Made by a program: the position numbers and the translations under genes. This document shows, piece after piece, positions 30,601 to 32,938 of a DNA stretch of 32,938 bases; positions within the stretch are counted from its first letter, which is position 1, and every line of letters starts with the position of its first letter. The notes beneath the pieces are model-generated. The model was not told where the DNA came from and ran no database searches. It saw nothing but the letters and a program-made list of their open reading frames with translations. The stretch is from IMG/VR virus record IMGVR_UViG_3300045988_147139. One strand, 5' to 3'. Source of the stretch: a virus.

Positions 30601-31546
30601 AACTCAGCCCGTTTTCACCGAACATCATGCAGCCATGTTTCTTGCCCAGCTTTACCCGATTTTCAATAGCCCTGCTGTACAGATCATGATACTCGCTGAA
30701 ACTGCAATCCGCCTCAGGCGCAGAAACATCAGCCACGATTCCCAGTCCCGTGAAATCAAAATCAGCACTGAGCACAGGAAGCTTGTCGCCGCCGTATGCG
30801 ATGAAATCACCAATGTTGTACAAATAATCAGTGATCATCTGCGAACATTCCCAGCCGTGATATGCGTACTCGCCGCCGCTGCCGACTATCTGCGATACCA
30901 TCTGCTGTACAGCCGCCTCAGTCAGATACCGCCCTGAAATGCGTTCAGTGTGCCGCCAGTCAGAACCCGAGGCATACTCATCGCCATACGCCTCATCAGT
31001 GGCATATATGCTTGTGATGTGCTTCGTACCCCGCCTGATGACCTCCGTCCTGTCGTTCTCCGCAGGCATATCCAGTCCCGAAGAGGGCGCAGAAAAAGGC
31101 ACAAACGCCAGCACACCGCCGCCGTCATGCCAGTATCCCACATCATTGTGGGACAGGTCGCTGAGTATGACCCTGCACGTCTTGCCTGCAAAATCCTGAT
31201 AGCACAGCTGTGCCATGCGCCCCGAATATCCGCTCTCGGTGAAACCGCACTGATCGGCGATCGCTCCCACTATCTGAGACGTGGGATACCGCTTTGCCTT
31301 GCTTTCGTCGAAGACCTTGTTGCCGTCATCGTCATAGGTGTACTCAAACTGATCGTACCCGCTGTAATCAAATGGAATATCCAGATTTTTACACAGATCA
31401 TACGCCGTGATGCTTGCCACACCGCCCGCATAGGACTGCTGGGCAATGTAAAAATCAGGCAGCAAATAGCCGTTAAACGTTACCTTGCTGCCCTCTATAA
31501 ACGGCACAGCCGACCATACATCACAGGAAAATTCCGTTGTGGCCAC
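30563..31546 (-). CDS. Tail tip / baseplate hub-like protein (327 aa from GTG 31546; frame open upstream to 31675)
   Basis: Second gene after the tape measure. 43 further sense codons (..FSLPYKITYQGTEYGADVLANIRLRRSLEGKGFDG) precede the first canonical start codon. Confidence 0.45.
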   Translation of the reverse strand: MATTEFSCDVWSAVPFIEGSKVTFNGYLLPDFYIAQQSYAGGVASITAYDLCKNLDIPFDYSGYDQFEYTYDDDGNKVFDESKAKRYPTSQIVGAIADQCGFTESGYSGRMAQLCYQDFAGKTCRVILSDLSHNDVGYWHDGGGVLAFVPFSAPSSGLDMPAENDRTEVIRRGTKHITSIYATDEAYGDEYASGSDWRHTERISGRYLTEAAVQQMVSQIVGSGGEYAYHGWECSQMITDYLYNIGDFIAYGGDKLPVLSADFDFTGLGIVADVSAPEADCSFSEYHDLYSRAIENRVKLGKKHGCMMFGENGLSFVCQKEAKVNSG

Positions 31547-31646
31547 ACCGTCAAATCCCTTGCCCTCCAGCGACCGCCTCAGCCTGATGTTGGCCAGTAC
31601 GTCCGCACCGTATTCCGTGCCCTGATAGGTTATCTTGTACGGCAGG

Positions 31647-32021
31647 CTAAAGGCCTGAGCCCGTGAGAGGGCAGGTCATAGATACGGATATGTTGTAATA
31701 GTCCACCGTGCCGTCGTTAAATACAGGCACACAGCGGATAGTCGGGCGGTCAAACACATTGGTCTGTACCGTGGGGCATTTGTATTTTACAGTCACCTCG
31801 TCCGCATTGCAGGCGGTCACAAGGGCAGCTGCCACCGTGTCCGACAGCACCTGAAAATCAGCCGACAGACTGACGCTCACACCCAGACATTTCTTACGTT
31901 CCTTGCCGTTTACAGCAGTGAAGCTGTCCGAATACACAGGCGCTGTCGATATATCTACAGCCTCGCATATAACGTGTTCGGACATATCCACATTGCCGAT
32001 TTTTAATATCGTATCATTCAT
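31647..32021 (-). CDS. Distal tail protein-like (124 aa)
   Basis: First gene after the tape measure stop. It ends with CUU UAG C. Confidence 0.45.
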   Translation of the reverse strand: MNDTILKIGNVDMSEHVICEAVDISTAPVYSDSFTAVNGKERKKCLGVSVSLSADFQVLSDTVAAALVTACNADEVTVKYKCPTVQTNVFDRPTIRCVPVFNDGTVDYYNISVSMTCPLTGSGL

Positions 32022-32023
32022 GC

Positions 32024-32938
32024 TTAACCTCCGCTGGCGGTTTTAGCCCGCTTGTTTTCCTGCGCAACAACCTTAGCCACATACTTGCCGTCCAGATCAA
32101 CCACCTTGTAAACAGGGCTGCCCGACGAGGCAGATGTGCGCTTGACCGACGCAGATGTGTCCTGACTGTCCGCCGCCGTTGTGTTTGCCGCCGATGTGTT
32201 GGCGGAAATGCTCGCTGAAGAGTTGGCAGCAGATACATTCGCCGCCGCAGCGTCAACGTAATTGCCGTCAAAAACGTCCTTCATGGACTGCTCCCAGTTA
32301 GCCTTGAACGCTTCCATAAAGCTGTCGCCAAACAGCGTGCCTGCGTCAGTACCTAACTTCTCGAACTCGTCTGAGTTTTCCGTCACCATGTTGGCAATGA
32401 TGTTGCTTACGCCCTCATCGTCCTTGTACAGTGACTTGATTTTTGAGAGCTTCTTGGGGTCTTTCAGCAGCTGCGTTGCATAGTCCAGCGCCGCCTCCGG
32501 GTCTTGTTTGAGCAGTTCGTTTATAAGGCTGTCAGGCACATTCTTTTCATACAGCTCGGCGATTTTTGATGTCAGCTTTTTCTTGGCAGCCAGCTTTTTC
32601 TCAAATCCGCTAAGGTCTATCTTGTTTGACTTGGTTTTAGCCCCCGTCCGCTTGTCCGTTTCCTCAGAGCTGTTGAAGATATCGCCACTGCTGCCTTTCA
32701 GACTGCTTGCCAGACTGTCACGGGATTTTACAACGCTGTCATAGACTTTTTCAAGAGTGTCCCGCTGCTTTTTGGCAGCGGTTTCAGCCTCTTTCGCTGC
32801 CTTATCGTCGGTGCTTTTCTGCTCTTTCAGCAGTTTAAGGTTATAGTCCTTGTACACCTCAGAATTGTGGTCAAGGGTCTCGATAAATGCCCTCTCCTGC
32901 TCCAGCAGCCAGCTGTCGTCATAGCCCTTTTCCAGCTG
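32024..32938 (-). CDS. Tape measure protein, C-terminal part (continuation of 2122..1 across the circular junction)
   Basis: The frame ...QLEKGYDDSWLLEQERAFIETLDHNSEVYKDYNLKLL... is continuous with the ORF at the window start. Track ORF 32024..32857 is only its tail end. Confidence 0.85.
   Translation of the reverse strand, partial: QLEKGYDDSWLLEQERAFIETLDHNSEVYKDYNLKLLKEQKSTDDKAAKEAETAAKKQRDTLEKVYDSVVKSRDSLASSLKGSSGDIFNSSEETDKRTGAKTKSNKIDLSGFEKKLAAKKKLTSKIAELYEKNVPDSLINELLKQDPEAALDYATQLLKDPKKLSKIKSLYKDDEGVSNIIANMVTENSDEFEKLGTDAGTLFGDSFMEAFKANWEQSMKDVFDGNYVDAAAANVSAANSSASISANTSAANTTAADSQDTSASVKRTSASSGSPVYKVVDLDGKYVAKVVAQENKRAKTASGG
32884..32938. repeat. Terminal overlap of a circular assembly (copy 2)
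   Basis: Identical to 1-55. Confidence 0.9.

Larger units (their letters stand above)
1..32938. mobile_element. Complete circularly closed genome of a temperate siphovirus-type phage (unique length 32,883 bp)
   Basis: Bases 1-55 are identical to 32884-32938. The tape-measure ORF stays in frame across the junction (2122 + 860 nt = 994 codons). Integrase, switch, replication/recombination, packaging, head, tail and lysis modules are each present once. Confidence 0.9.

Noticed and set aside
30950-31666. + strand ORF of 238 aa
   Set aside because: It is antisense to the tail tip gene, Arg-rich with a shadow-frame composition, and has no translation signals.

Overview
The window is one complete, circularly closed genome (unique length 32,883 bp) of a temperate siphovirus-type phage. 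The host is probably Gram-positive and Clostridia-like (inferred from GGAGG ribosome-binding sites and a holin plus amidase/SPOR endolysin with no spanins). Bases 1-55 equal 32884-32938, and the tape-measure ORF stays in frame across that junction. About 30 kb of genes run on the - strand. In transcription order they are: switch and early genes (25271 down to 23299); PAPS-reductase-like gene; RecT / SMC-like ATPase / Cas4-like exonuclease / ERCC4 nuclease / SSB; replisome organizer with an internal ori-like repeat block; small accessory genes; a sigma-region-4-like late regulator; terS and terL; DUF4417 plus an AT-rich moron; portal; gp7/MuF-class minor head protein; scaffold; capsid; connectors; major tail; chaperones; tape measure; tail tip and fibre; holin; endolysin. 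The + strand carries only a large serine integrase and small promoter-driven units: a KTSC protein, a 48-aa ORF, a 63-aa ORF and a ~50-nt RNA. No rRNA, tRNA or CRISPR was seen. The most interesting signals are regulatory. (1) Eight exact or near-exact sigma-70 consensus promoters are present, five of them antisense to the main gene array. (2) A face-to-face promoter switch contains four TTACG-N6-CGTAA dyads. (3) An XRE-like HTH fragment reads without a stop into the integrase, and no complete repressor sits on the lysogenic strand, so attP may lie inside a repressor-like gene. (4) A lambda PR'/tR'-like promoter-terminator unit precedes terS, and six further terminators lie inside the late operon, which implies antitermination. 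(5) The minor-head gene has an internal promoter, followed by an 80-aa ORF and a terminator, a toxin/immunity-like layout. (6) A CUU-UAG-C site is a candidate +1 frameshift between two tail genes. All family names come from motif recognition by eye, not from database searches.
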